Positions 10,340-19,963 of a DNA stretch of 64,000 nucleotides are shown here, in pieces. This stretch comes from Meyerozyma guilliermondii (lineage: Eukaryota): the NCBI GenBank assembly GCA_051546255.1, contig CP128821.1:124001-188000 (forward strand), in the 5' to 3' direction. How positions within the stretch are numbered: position 1 is the stretch's first letter; every line of letters begins with the position of its first letter. The translations under genes and the position numbers were made by a program. The notes beneath the pieces were generated by a model. It saw nothing but the letters and a program-made list of their open reading frames with translations, was not told the origin of the DNA and did no database searches.

Positions 10340-11755
10340 TCAAGTCTCTATCAATTCATGAATGGTCCTTTTAAAGTGAGCCTCGAAGGCATCGATGGTT
10401 TCTTCTCCGACCAAGTCTACTAAACCAGACGCAAATCCAAAGCATATGTTGATCACTCCATTAACGGAGATGCATGAAAGTACCAAGTTCAGTGTCATTC
10501 CAGTTGATTGACTAAACCAAGCAGAAGTAGCAGACCAGTCTCCACAAGAGATATCCTGAACGCCAACGTTGGAACAGTCCAAAGTCTTCCAATCAGTCAG
10601 GTCTCGCTGCTTCTCCACAAAACTCCAAGGGTTGACGTAGTTCAAAATACCTCCAAACCTGAAAGGGTATCTGGAAGCGATATCGTCAAGTAACGTTTTG
10701 CTTGTCTTTCTGAGCGGTGAATTTTTGTCAAACCACTTACCAGTGGATGATATTGGAGCAACCAAACTTATAGATGTGGACATGCAAAGGCCATATCTGT
10801 TCACATATTCTGGTAGGTACCTTCTTCCATTGATATCAATGTTGATTCTTGACGAGGTGTTCTCCAAACTCAATTTCTTCTTCACTGTCTGCTGAAACGA
10901 GTACAACGTCAAGGTGGTTAAAAGAGGCGTAAATGTCACTTTGTGGGCTTTGCAAAGTTGGAGAAGTGGTCCAGCCAAATCCTTCGTTAAAGAAACTGGT
11001 CGGACGCAAGTTTTGGGGACTGCCGTACCTCGACACCCAGATACAAACAAGGGGTTTTGGAACAAATTTGGGCCACCCCAAATGTAGGATTGAAGAAATT
11101 TCTTCACAAAAGAAGGCACGCACAATTCATAAAATGCGATCCGAACCGCTTCAAGAATGGAAAGCTTATACAAAGACAGGCCCGAGAAAGCTCCACGAGG
11201 GATCCTACCCAAGCTGGGGGCATCTTTCTCAAAGTCAAACAAGACTGGCTGATAAGAAAGATTGGGCGATTTCCAGCATTCGTTCAATTCCTTAACCAAG
11301 TCCTTCATGAATAGAACACCACTTGTTCCATCAAAAAACGTGTGATCACAATAGAAACTGAGAATCTGGGTTTTGGAATTCTCAAACACCACCAATCTCC
11401 ATAACGGGAGCTGGTCACCTATTGGACAGTATCTTTGGTCAAGCAGGGTAAAGAACTCACCGTCCAATTTATCAAACTTTTCAAACGAGACTGCCGTTTC
11501 AAATTCAATTTTCTTGAGGTAATTAACCTTAAAGTTGAGTCCCTTGCACTTTTCATCGTCCGAATTATCATCTCTAAACGCATTAGACGAAAGATTAGGC
11601 GTCTTTAAAATCATGGCTCTGAGAGCATTTGACAATTGTGTGGAATCTGTTTTTCGATTAAGCTCTACCGAGATGTTGAAGTTTGTATAAAACTTCTTGG
11701 TGCCCCTACAGATGTAATAGCGCTCTAGAGCATCTGGATCTCGGCCGTAGTTCAT
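10340..11755 (-). CDS. Alcohol acetyltransferase / Sli1-like CoA-dependent acyltransferase
   Basis: PLWRL followed by HXXXDG (HTFFDG), SNVG and WFSQ motifs of the AATase family. Confidence 0.8.
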   Translation of the reverse strand: MNYGRDPDALERYYICRGTKKFYTNFNISVELNRKTDSTQLSNALRAMILKTPNLSSNAFRDDNSDDEKCKGLNFKVNYLKKIEFETAVSFEKFDKLDGEFFTLLDQRYCPIGDQLPLWRLVVFENSKTQILSFYCDHTFFDGTSGVLFMKDLVKELNECWKSPNLSYQPVLFDFEKDAPSLGRIPRGAFSGLSLYKLSILEAVRIAFYELCVPSFVKKFLQSYIWGGPNLFQNPLFVSGCRGTAVPKTCVRPVSLTKDLAGPLLQLCKAHKVTFTPLLTTLTLYSFQQTVKKKLSLENTSSRINIDINGRRYLPEYVNRYGLCMSTSISLVAPISSTGKWFDKNSPLRKTSKTLLDDIASRYPFRFGGILNYVNPWSFVEKQRDLTDWKTLDCSNVGVQDISCGDWSATSAWFSQSTGMTLNLVLSCISVNGVINICFGFASGLVDLVGEETIDAFEAHFKRTIHELIET

Positions 11756-12170
11756 GATAATACCTTGATTGAGTTGAAATCAAAGATTAAATTTCGCATC
11801 CATTCGCATTAGATGCAGGCACTGGGGCTTTTTTCATCTGATTACCCCTAATTCCCCTAGTGATCCTAGTCTCATTCTATCGTTAGCCAGCTCTCCCGTG
11901 GACAGGTTTTTAAGCACTAAAGTATTGTTTTCAAATAATCATACGTCAAATTGATTTGAATGCAAAATCAAAGTAGACTATTTCGATAGCAACTTACAAC
12001 AAGAGTATGAGTCTTCAAGCGACCCGCTGAGTACTACAGTCCTGGCGAGTCATATATTGTTGAACCCTTCTATCAGTAGTTTGGGCCTGCCCTTTTTGTC
12101 TCTCTGTCTCACTTTCGCACTCTAGTCCCCTACCTTATGTCAGCCGGGCCGTTTCCATCCTCTACTCCTA

Positions 12171-13517
12171 ATGTTACCACTCCCCTACTACAACGACGAT
12201 CCCAAGTCGTTTGCGTATCCCACAGTACACAACAGATGGCCCACAATCATAGAGGGCTGCATTGAGGATATCAAGAAAGAAATAGATAATAATTCTACTC
12301 TTCAGTCTTCAGGTGAAAAACTCATAGATTCCTTTAAGCAATTGTTGGATGATTTTAAGAGTGATAAAGTTGTCGAGCCATTCGATGAGACTTCGAAGGG
12401 CACTCCGAAAGAGATCTTGGCCCGCTATAACAAATCTCTTCGTCGTTTGAACGAAATGAAAAAAGTAACTTGGTTGACTGGTCCCTGGTTATACTTGGAA
12501 TGTTACTTGTACCAATGGATTCATTTGCAAATGTGGTCTTCTGACGAAAGTCACTGGCACACTTATGATATTTTTGAGCGTCTCAAGACCGAAACTTTCC
12601 GCCAATCTTCGGACGGAGTGATTGAATTGTGTAAGCTCTACCAGAAACTCAATGGAGAAATTAACACCGGAAATCTCGATGAAGATGCTTTCAAGCTTGT
12701 GTTCAAAGAGCTCATTGACGTGTCTTTGTGGGGCAATGCCACAGACCTTTCTTTGCTTGCTGGAAATGTTACAGCAGATGATATCAAGTCTGTGCAAGGA
12801 GCAGAGGCCAGAAAAAAGAACGAAAAGAACATTTTAGTCAACGATTTTGAAAGTGCTTGGGCTCACTTGAAGTCCTCCAAGTCTCAAAGGATCGACTTTG
12901 TTCTTGACAACTCTGGTTTTGAACTTTTCACCGATTTAGTATTGGCATTGTTCGCATTGGATTCAGGTTTGGTCCAAGAAATCGATATTCATTGCAAAGA
13001 GATTCCTTGGTTTGTTAGTGACACCATGCCTAAAGACTTTGATGCTCTCGTATCTCAACTCGAGGATCCATCTTTCTTCAAAGAACTTCATGGAGACGAA
13101 GCACTCACCAAGTTTTCCTCAGCATTGAAGAAGTACTATAAAGATGGCAAAATCAGAGTGCAATCCCATCCATTCTGGACCACCGACGCCAACTTCTGGG
13201 ACATCGTCAGAGAAGACGATTTATTTGCCGAGTTGAAAAAATCTGACTTGATCATTTTCAAAGGAGACTTGAATTATCGTAAATTGACAGGCGATATCCA
13301 CTGGGACAAAACTACTCCTTTCAGAACCGCCATCCAAGACTTGGCTACCTCGGGTCTTCCAATCTTGAGTTTGCGTACTTGTAAGGCTGACGTTGTAGTG
13401 GGCTTGCCCCAAGGTGTCGATGAGCAGTTGATCGAAACGTATAAAAGTATGGGAAACGAAGTTGGAGAGTTCTGGAGCTCTTCCGGTAAATGGGCTGTGG
13501 TCAGCTTCAACAAGTGA
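12171..13517 (+). CDS. ARMT1/DUF89 damage-control metal-dependent phosphatase (YMR027W-like)
   Basis: WLYLECYLY, LWGNATDLS, DNSGFEL, FKGDLNYRKL and RTCK motifs. Confidence 0.9.
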   Translation: MLPLPYYNDDPKSFAYPTVHNRWPTIIEGCIEDIKKEIDNNSTLQSSGEKLIDSFKQLLDDFKSDKVVEPFDETSKGTPKEILARYNKSLRRLNEMKKVTWLTGPWLYLECYLYQWIHLQMWSSDESHWHTYDIFERLKTETFRQSSDGVIELCKLYQKLNGEINTGNLDEDAFKLVFKELIDVSLWGNATDLSLLAGNVTADDIKSVQGAEARKKNEKNILVNDFESAWAHLKSSKSQRIDFVLDNSGFELFTDLVLALFALDSGLVQEIDIHCKEIPWFVSDTMPKDFDALVSQLEDPSFFKELHGDEALTKFSSALKKYYKDGKIRVQSHPFWTTDANFWDIVREDDLFAELKKSDLIIFKGDLNYRKLTGDIHWDKTTPFRTAIQDLATSGLPILSLRTCKADVVVGLPQGVDEQLIETYKSMGNEVGEFWSSSGKWAVVSFNK

Positions 13518-13667
13518 AATAGAGCATAAGTTGAGATCTATTCTAGGACTGTTTGTGCCAACATTGAATTTTGAGTCATGTCTTTCATGGCACCTTATTT
13601 TCAGAGCTCTTCTACTCTTCTCTTCTACTCTTCATCTCATTCATGTCCATTACTTAAATACACTAAA

Positions 13668-14039
13668 TTACAACTCTCCTGCCTTTCTAGCATTACAGGC
13701 CACAATCTTAAACCGATCTACCGAGAGTTCATTGTCATTCAACATGTCACCAGAATTAGACACATCAGTCAATTTAATCAACACATTTTTGATGATGAAT
13801 GTCCATACATCATCGCAGAATCTATAAGTGTGTAAATCTCCTTTAAAAGTCAACTTGGACTTGGCAATTCCCAGCTCGCTTTTGAGCAAATCAGAAATTA
13901 CTCTATCAAAATTATTCAAAATTTTGTTAGCAAGTTGGGGCTGGATTTGTTGATCGGTAATCAACGAGTCTAAAGCATCTGCCAAAGTCGTCCCAATGGT
14001 CGCTCTACGATATATTTCATAGTATACTGGCGCACTCAT
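13668..14039 (-). CDS. TOA2: TFIIA small (gamma) subunit
   Basis: MSAPVYYEIYRRATIG..L.DALD and YRFCDDVWTF; ATG at 14039. Confidence 0.95.
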   Translation of the reverse strand: MSAPVYYEIYRRATIGTTLADALDSLITDQQIQPQLANKILNNFDRVISDLLKSELGIAKSKLTFKGDLHTYRFCDDVWTFIIKNVLIKLTDVSNSGDMLNDNELSVDRFKIVACNARKAGEL

Positions 14040-14139
14040 ATTATAGCCGACCCTTTTATACTCCTGAAATATGAGAAATACAAGGTGGTACTGCACACAC
14101 GCCAGCGTTATTTTATGGTCTGTATTAACTATGATATAC

Positions 14140-17100
14140 CTAAAGCTCGTCTTTTATCTCTTTCAACCAATTGTAGTATTCCAAAGTAATCTCGTTTAAC
14201 TTGACCACTGCCAAGGAATCATTGGTTTGTGATTTAACCAACCATTGATCTTCAATGCTCTCAAAACTTTGAAGACAGTTCAAGATCATCAAGTAGAGTT
14301 CCAACACTTTGAGTTTATACTGCTTTATATCTTCTGATTGTTCACTGGTACTGCTCAAAAGGTCTGGCTGTTCGAGTTTAAAGCGGGTGATAAACATATA
14401 GAGCGCTTCTGCTGCTCCTCGTTTATCGGTTAGTTCCGTAGGATCAACTTTTGTTGCGGATCCAAGTAGCCTCCAAGAATACAAGTATTCGTAAAAGGTG
14501 AGAGCAGATGCCAACACAAGCTCATTATTTGCCAAGTCCAAGAGCACAGAGTCAATCAACAAGTAGTTGTCGCGATACAATTTGTTGTCGTTTGGTGGAA
14601 AGATAGTTGAAATGGAACCCTGGGAAATAAGTCTGCTGAGGTACCGTTTCATCAAATAGTTGTAATCGTATTCGTCAGCAACAGGAGACAAATTCTGCAA
14701 ACTTTCATAAACAGACTTGTAATCTTGCAAGTAAAGACCCAACTCGTAGACGTTCAAGTATGCATCATCCAAGTTGAACTTGAGATGCTCAGATTTCACA
14801 ACTTGCTTCAGGTAGGAAATAGCCTTCTGCTCAAACAGTAATGCTGCTTTTATAAACTTCGCTTCAGCTGACGAAGTGGAATTGGGCGAGATGATATTCT
14901 CGTGAGAGCGATGACGAAGAACCTTGGCTTGTGACTTTGCCAAAGCGAAGAGGGTATGATAGTAGTTGGACTTCTGTGCCGCGGGATTTGAAGACGAAGC
15001 GAAAACTGCATTTAAGAGATCAGATACCTCTTTTTTGTAGTTTAGACGGTCCTCAAGTGGAGCGTCTGTTTTGTTCTGCTCATTTTGAAGAAGCAGCGTT
15101 TCAGCAAAGTCTTCAAAAGTCGCACGAAAGTTGTCAACATCATCTGTAAGCAAGTAAACCAATCCGATCAAGATGCGGTCAATTAGGCGATTCGGATTCA
15201 AGCTTTTGATATAGTTCTTCCTTACCACCTCACCATTACCACGATTGAGTAATTCGATAACCACATTTAATATGACTTCATCGTAAGATTTGTCTAGTTT
15301 CTCGACAAGGTAATCGAATGCTCCAGCCATGTCACCCCCATTTATGAGTTGTTTTAATGCTGGAAACTTGTCTGCCACAGAAATCCAGAATACAGAATTT
15401 TCTGGTTTGCTGAGACTGTGGCTTTCTAGTTCAGTACCTTGGTCGTTGAAGCAGGTGCAGAATATATGCTCAAGCATGGCGTATGACGATAATCTTTTGA
15501 CGATGGCATTGAGCAATTCGACTGTCTCTTCTCGAGGATCAAAAAGTAGAAAGATTATTGCCATGTCTATAAGAATCTTTTCGTGCGCATCCTTGATATC
15601 TCTTAAGGATGATATGGCATTAAGCCTTAAGAAAGGTGATACGCTAGAGTCTGAAGCAGTTCGCATTTCTGTGTCTTCTTCTCTGGTTTTGGAAAAAATC
15701 ATCTCCCGAATAGTCTTTAAAGATACTTCAGCCAACCTGTTCTGAAAGTCTATAGCCTCAGTGTCGTCGACTTTACTCTGTATGAATTCATCATAGAGTT
15801 CTGTGGCCGAGGAAGAGCTAATCTGTCCTCGCTCTAACAATGCCTGGCAAATTTTGAATCTTGACTTGTTGGAAAATTTCTGCGTCAAAGATGAAAGAAT
15901 TGTGGCCAATTTTCCTTTCTCAGAATCTTCCAGGAAAACTGAAAAGACTTGGAAATCATGAGGTTTTGCGAAAAGACTGAATGCATCCACCTGAAGGGCA
16001 ATTGATTCAAAATTAAAATCTTCAGTATATTCAGCAAGCGATAAGCTCTCTTGACCCGTCTTGCGAAACTGGTCACATAAAGAAATCAACTTGAGCCATG
16101 TTGCCTTTTTATCAACGCCCTCCATGGCAGATATTGTATCGACGGTTTCGTAAATCAGCTGTCTAATGGCTCTTCCCCCATAAACGATGTCTAGATTAGC
16201 ATGTTCCCGAAGCACATTCATAGCTGTACGAAGTATAAGGCAGTTGTATTTTCCGGTATTGAAAATTTGATTTTCAAAGAATTCGGTGTCTTGGAACGAA
16301 GTGGTCAATGCTACTGTTTCGGAACCGCTCAATGTCCACTGCGAAAGTTTGGGGGGTTTGTCATTTTCTGCCAAGTTCTTCAGGTCGTATATCGTCAATA
16401 TAGATGAGTTATTAGATTTCCACAAAACAGTAAAGTTTCCTTTTTCAAACTTGAGTGTGAAGTCCTGAATAAACCAGATATCATTGGAAAAAGGACTATC
16501 TGACGGGGCTCCATTGATTGTGGGGGACAGGAGTTCAACTGTATGTAAGATTTTGTAGCTCTTTTGGTCTTCTTTCAACGGGCTTACGTCCCAAAAGTCA
16601 ATGGAAGTTGAGTGTTTAGTTTGCAGTAATGAGTGTACGCCGAGAACATTACCATAACACTGCAAATATCGAGCTGGACCAAATGAGAGCCATGTGTTTG
16701 TGTCTTGTGGGTGAATTGTACGTTCTCTCAAGAGCGAATGTTCCTTCAAGTCCCAAAACTTGATGGTCTTGCTGACTGTGAGCGTCGCAATGAGAGATTT
16801 AGATGGATCTGGGACTATGGTAGCGTCTATAGCCGCATTGGAGGAAACCCCATCGACAGTCAAGTCTGCCCTTCCGCTCTTGAAAATGCCATCGAGAATA
16901 CCTCCCAAGTGAAAATGAGCGCTTTCCTCACAGTTGAAGACATTGAAATCGGCGAGCACCGACGACCTCTGGAAATGTAGAAGGCCCCCATCTTTCAACG
17001 AGACCACCACATTGCGCTCGTCCAACACACGCAAGCAATATGGATTCGACCGCAACTCGAAAGAGTAAGGAACGGATATGTGACCCCAGGACTCAAACTG

Positions 17101-17541
17101 GTCCAACGTGAGAGGTCTGAAATTTTTGGTGTTGTGAAGAAAGTCATTCATTTCGATCCTCAAAGTTATCCAAAGGTAATTCTCGTCAATCACGTCAACG
17201 ACCAAGTAACCTCCTTCCTCACCATGGTAAACGGCATCGATACAATGGGGATAAACCTGGCTTGGTAGTAGCAATGAGATGGTACGACACTCGAGTTGGA
17301 AAGGATTGGAGATGCAGATGGGGGTCAAGGTGATGGTTTTCAAGTCATTGTTCAATCTCCACGAGATGTGGTCCACCATGTGAGTAGTTGTTGCAATTAA
17401 ACAGCCGGTATATGCAATTTGGCTCTCGAAGTATTCATGGCTTTTCAACTCTTTATTTGTACTTGGGTATTTGAGTGGAAGTCTCAAGACCGTATTGGGC
17501 AAGTGGTCGTTGAGAGCACATACAGTAGAAGCCTGGGACAT
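14140..17541 (-). CDS. NUP120: Nucleoporin Nup120/Nup160 family
   Basis: 1133 aa, N-terminal propeller (DGGLLHF, TIKFWDL) and late RGAAEALY motif. Lies between TOA2 and MPE1; these three are neighbours in S. cerevisiae. Confidence 0.8.
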   Translation of the reverse strand: MSQASTVCALNDHLPNTVLRLPLKYPSTNKELKSHEYFESQIAYTGCLIATTTHMVDHISWRLNNDLKTITLTPICISNPFQLECRTISLLLPSQVYPHCIDAVYHGEEGGYLVVDVIDENYLWITLRIEMNDFLHNTKNFRPLTLDQFESWGHISVPYSFELRSNPYCLRVLDERNVVVSLKDGGLLHFQRSSVLADFNVFNCEESAHFHLGGILDGIFKSGRADLTVDGVSSNAAIDATIVPDPSKSLIATLTVSKTIKFWDLKEHSLLRERTIHPQDTNTWLSFGPARYLQCYGNVLGVHSLLQTKHSTSIDFWDVSPLKEDQKSYKILHTVELLSPTINGAPSDSPFSNDIWFIQDFTLKFEKGNFTVLWKSNNSSILTIYDLKNLAENDKPPKLSQWTLSGSETVALTTSFQDTEFFENQIFNTGKYNCLILRTAMNVLREHANLDIVYGGRAIRQLIYETVDTISAMEGVDKKATWLKLISLCDQFRKTGQESLSLAEYTEDFNFESIALQVDAFSLFAKPHDFQVFSVFLEDSEKGKLATILSSLTQKFSNKSRFKICQALLERGQISSSSATELYDEFIQSKVDDTEAIDFQNRLAEVSLKTIREMIFSKTREEDTEMRTASDSSVSPFLRLNAISSLRDIKDAHEKILIDMAIIFLLFDPREETVELLNAIVKRLSSYAMLEHIFCTCFNDQGTELESHSLSKPENSVFWISVADKFPALKQLINGGDMAGAFDYLVEKLDKSYDEVILNVVIELLNRGNGEVVRKNYIKSLNPNRLIDRILIGLVYLLTDDVDNFRATFEDFAETLLLQNEQNKTDAPLEDRLNYKKEVSDLLNAVFASSSNPAAQKSNYYHTLFALAKSQAKVLRHRSHENIISPNSTSSAEAKFIKAALLFEQKAISYLKQVVKSEHLKFNLDDAYLNVYELGLYLQDYKSVYESLQNLSPVADEYDYNYLMKRYLSRLISQGSISTIFPPNDNKLYRDNYLLIDSVLLDLANNELVLASALTFYEYLYSWRLLGSATKVDPTELTDKRGAAEALYMFITRFKLEQPDLLSSTSEQSEDIKQYKLKVLELYLMILNCLQSFESIEDQWLVKSQTNDSLAVVKLNEITLEYYNWLKEIKDEL

Positions 17542-17658
17542 GATGGCACCACTCCTAAATCTGTACTTGTGACAAACAAGTTGAGAAGTTGTTTTTCGTT
17601 CGCGACTCGAATTTTTGAATTTCTCAACAGGCGAGAAACATTTCCATTAAAGGCGCAT

Positions 17659-18996
17659 ATGTCATCGACTGTGTTCTATCGGTTTCTCCACCAAAAGGAG
17701 CAGTCCACCGTGCATTTCGACGGTACTGGTATCAGTGTCTTTGATCTAAAGCACGAAATCATCGAACAAAACCTGTTGGGGCTGGGAACAGACTTCAACT
17801 TGCGACTCTACCATTCAGAACAACCGGATTTGGAATATGAAAACGACCAGGATGTTATCACGAGATCGTCTTTTGTGTTGGCAAGGCGGTCGCCTCCCGG
17901 TCTGAAGATCGGGTTCATAGGAAACGCTTCCAGGTACGTCAGTGGAAAGCCCAGAGTCAACAAGAAAGCCATCCAAGGAGCTGCTGCTGCCCCTGTAAAC
18001 CCTGTGAACACTGTACCTGTCAACGAGAATATGACTGAGGAGGAAAGAACAAAGGCTATGTTTGAAAACCAATCCAATGTTTGGGCACAAATTCAAGACG
18101 ATCTCTCTACACATAAAGTCATCTACAACAAGCCTGCTGCTGGCCCCACCAATCCTGAAGACGTTCCTCCGCCAGGATACATGTGCTACAGATGTGGTGG
18201 CAAGGACCACTGGATCAAAAACTGCCCCACCAATACTGATCCGAACTTTGAAGGAAAGAAGATCAAGAGAACAACCGGTATTCCTCGGTCGTATTTGAAG
18301 ACATTGTCCAAGGAAGCGGTTGAAAGACTACAAAGCAGTGACAGTTCAGTGACCACGAACGAGAATGGAGACTTGGTGGACCAACAGGGTAATACTTATA
18401 TGATTTCAGAGACAGGAGAATACGTTCTCACGATGGCTGATACCAAGACATGGCTGACATATCAAGAAAAGCAACAAAGTGCAGCCATGAAAGCCAGGCG
18501 AGAATATGATGAAAAAATGGTAATTGCTGCGGAAAAAGACCAACATCCTTTGTATGTGGACCCATTGCTGACTAGTAGTCGCAAGTTGTTGGCACCACCC
18601 ATTGTCATGACGCCGTGTTGTCAGGATGTCAGCAAGCTCAAAAAGTTGCGTAATTTCAACTACCATCAGCCTTCTCTTGAGCTGACGCTTATTGACAACG
18701 ATTTCCACTGTCCCAACTGTGATCTGGAAGATGTATTTATAGACTCGTTGATTCGAAACGAAGAGTTGGAAAAAGAAATCGAGGCTTACGTCGAAGAAAA
18801 AGAAAAGGAATTGGGTCTCGAAAACCCTTACAAGAGGAAATCTGAAGAAAATGGACTGGATCCTAAACGACAACGCCCAGCAGGTTCTATGCCTGCTCCA
18901 GCAATGCCCTATGGCATGCCCATGATGATGAACCCTAATATGCCAATGCCTCCACCAATGATGTTTGGTATGCCTCCAATGCCCCAAAGTAAATAG
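17659..18996 (+). CDS. MPE1: Cleavage/polyadenylation factor subunit Mpe1 (DWNN, zinc knuckle, RING-like)
   Basis: MSSTVFYRF...FDGTGISVFDLK, CYRCGGKDHWIKNCP and RTTGIP; ATG at 17659. Confidence 0.93.
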   Translation: MSSTVFYRFLHQKEQSTVHFDGTGISVFDLKHEIIEQNLLGLGTDFNLRLYHSEQPDLEYENDQDVITRSSFVLARRSPPGLKIGFIGNASRYVSGKPRVNKKAIQGAAAAPVNPVNTVPVNENMTEEERTKAMFENQSNVWAQIQDDLSTHKVIYNKPAAGPTNPEDVPPPGYMCYRCGGKDHWIKNCPTNTDPNFEGKKIKRTTGIPRSYLKTLSKEAVERLQSSDSSVTTNENGDLVDQQGNTYMISETGEYVLTMADTKTWLTYQEKQQSAAMKARREYDEKMVIAAEKDQHPLYVDPLLTSSRKLLAPPIVMTPCCQDVSKLKKLRNFNYHQPSLELTLIDNDFHCPNCDLEDVFIDSLIRNEELEKEIEAYVEEKEKELGLENPYKRKSEENGLDPKRQRPAGSMPAPAMPYGMPMMMNPNMPMPPPMMFGMPPMPQSK

Positions 18997-19056
18997 CTAT
19001 AGAAGTACAATACTTACATCATTCTGTCGTTGCAGCCGTTGGTACTAGCACTACCG

Positions 19057-19074
19057 AAAATTTTTCATATAAAA
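19057..19074 (+). promoter_or_regulatory. RRPE element plus TATA box of the snoRNA host transcript
   Basis: AAAATTTTTCA (19057-19067) directly followed by TATAAAA (19068-19074). Confidence 0.65.
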
Positions 19075-19141
19075 ACCAAAATTCGCGAGTAATTTTTCAG
19101 AGCATCTTGACGATGTTTCTCCTACAAAATTTTTATTTCTT

Positions 19142-19274
19142 GTAAGTCTTCCAGTTGCAATGAGGATGATCCAAAAATTTTCAAACTAGAGTTTGTGACT
19201 ACGGAATGATCACAGCGCCATATGCATGGTTAACTGAGTTGCTCATTTTCTTGGATTCTGGACTAACGCAATAG
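19142..19274 (+). other. Host intron 1 (contains snR78)
   Basis: GTAAGT 19142; GACTAAC 19261-19267; TAG 19272-19274. Confidence 0.8.
19156..19243 (+). ncRNA. SNR78: Box C/D snoRNA snR78-like
   Basis: C-like ATGAGGA 19160; guide CAAACTAGAGT (19182-19192) antisense to 25S ACUCUAGUUUG; D box CTGA 19234; GCAA/TTGC terminal stem. Confidence 0.85.
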
Positions 19275-19306
19275 GTAGACGAAAACTCATTTGAGTTGTT
19301 CAATAG

Positions 19307-19442
19307 GTATGTGATAACGACAACTTTAGATGATGACTTAACAAAAACAAAGCTGGAATTACTGGCTGAATCTCTATGATTGACAAGTTTTTGCACTATT
19401 TCTGATTTACCAAATTTAAACAAAACACAAAACTAACAATAG
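19307..19442 (+). other. Host intron 2 (contains snR77)
   Basis: GTATGT 19307; AACTAAC 19431-19437; TAG 19440-19442. Confidence 0.8.
19326..19409 (+). ncRNA. SNR77: Box C/D snoRNA snR77-like
   Basis: ATGATGA 19330; guide AGCTGGAATTAC antisense to 18S GUAAUUCCAGCU; D' CTGA 19366; D CTGA 19402. Confidence 0.9.
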
Positions 19443-19584
19443 GTAAGTTTGCTTCCAACGCACAATGAGGAATTATTGCACTGGGCACTGAAAGCCATGA
19501 GTGATAACGCATTAAGGTGAGCCTCAGAAACTCACCGTGACTGAGTGGAACTATATTTTTTCTATGGGACCAACTAACCACAAG
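19443..19584 (+). other. Host intron 3 (contains snR76); starts at the base after intron 2
   Basis: GTAAGT 19443; AACTAAC 19572-19578; AAG 19582-19584. Confidence 0.75.
19461..19547 (+). ncRNA. SNR76: Box C/D snoRNA snR76-like
   Basis: ATGAGGA 19465; guide GCACTGGGCA antisense to 25S UGCCCAGUGC, followed by D' CTGA 19488; D CTGA 19541; CAC/GTG stem. Confidence 0.87.
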
Positions 19585-19619
19585 TCAATACAAATTTCTT
19601 AACGAAGATTTATTGTAAG

Positions 19620-19762
19620 GTAAGTCCAATTTTTTTCCATTTGGTACAAGATGATCTCTAAGATGACGAGTCAGATCCGGGATACCCGCTGATGACAACA
19701 CTTATTTTAATACCATTCATGCCTTTCTGATACCAAAATGCTATAATGAATGCTAACAACAG
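19620..19762 (+). other. Host intron 4 (contains snR75)
   Basis: GTAAGT 19620; TGCTAAC 19751-19757; CAG 19760-19762. Confidence 0.8.
19640..19737 (+). ncRNA. SNR75: Box C/D snoRNA snR75-like
   Basis: Guides AGATGACGAG and CCATTCATGC antisense to 25S CUCGUCAUCU and GCAUGAAUGG; D CTGA 19727; TTTGGTA/TACCAAA terminal stem. Confidence 0.9.
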
Positions 19763-19777
19763 TCATATTTTTTTCTC

Positions 19778-19853
19778 TCTAATGTGAAGATCGATATCTT
19801 CTAACGATACAAGATGAACTGAAATTTTTTGACAAGCATATGTCTGATTCTTA
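19778..19853 (+). ncRNA. SNR74: Box C/D snoRNA snR74-like
   Basis: C-like GTGAAGA 19784; guide GACAAGCATATG (19831-19842) antisense to 18S CAUAUGCUUGUC; D CTGA 19844. Confidence 0.88.
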
Positions 19854-19963
19854 GGAAGAAAATTTTCGATCTGATATCAACAAGAAGATATATAAGATTT
19901 TTCCATGATCTCTACGCTCACCTGGTGTAGGTGTTATGTAAGAACTATATGTCCAACACACCG

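Noticed and set aside
19199..19581. Two short minus-strand ORFs
   Set aside because: Antisense to snR78-snR76 and their splice signals.
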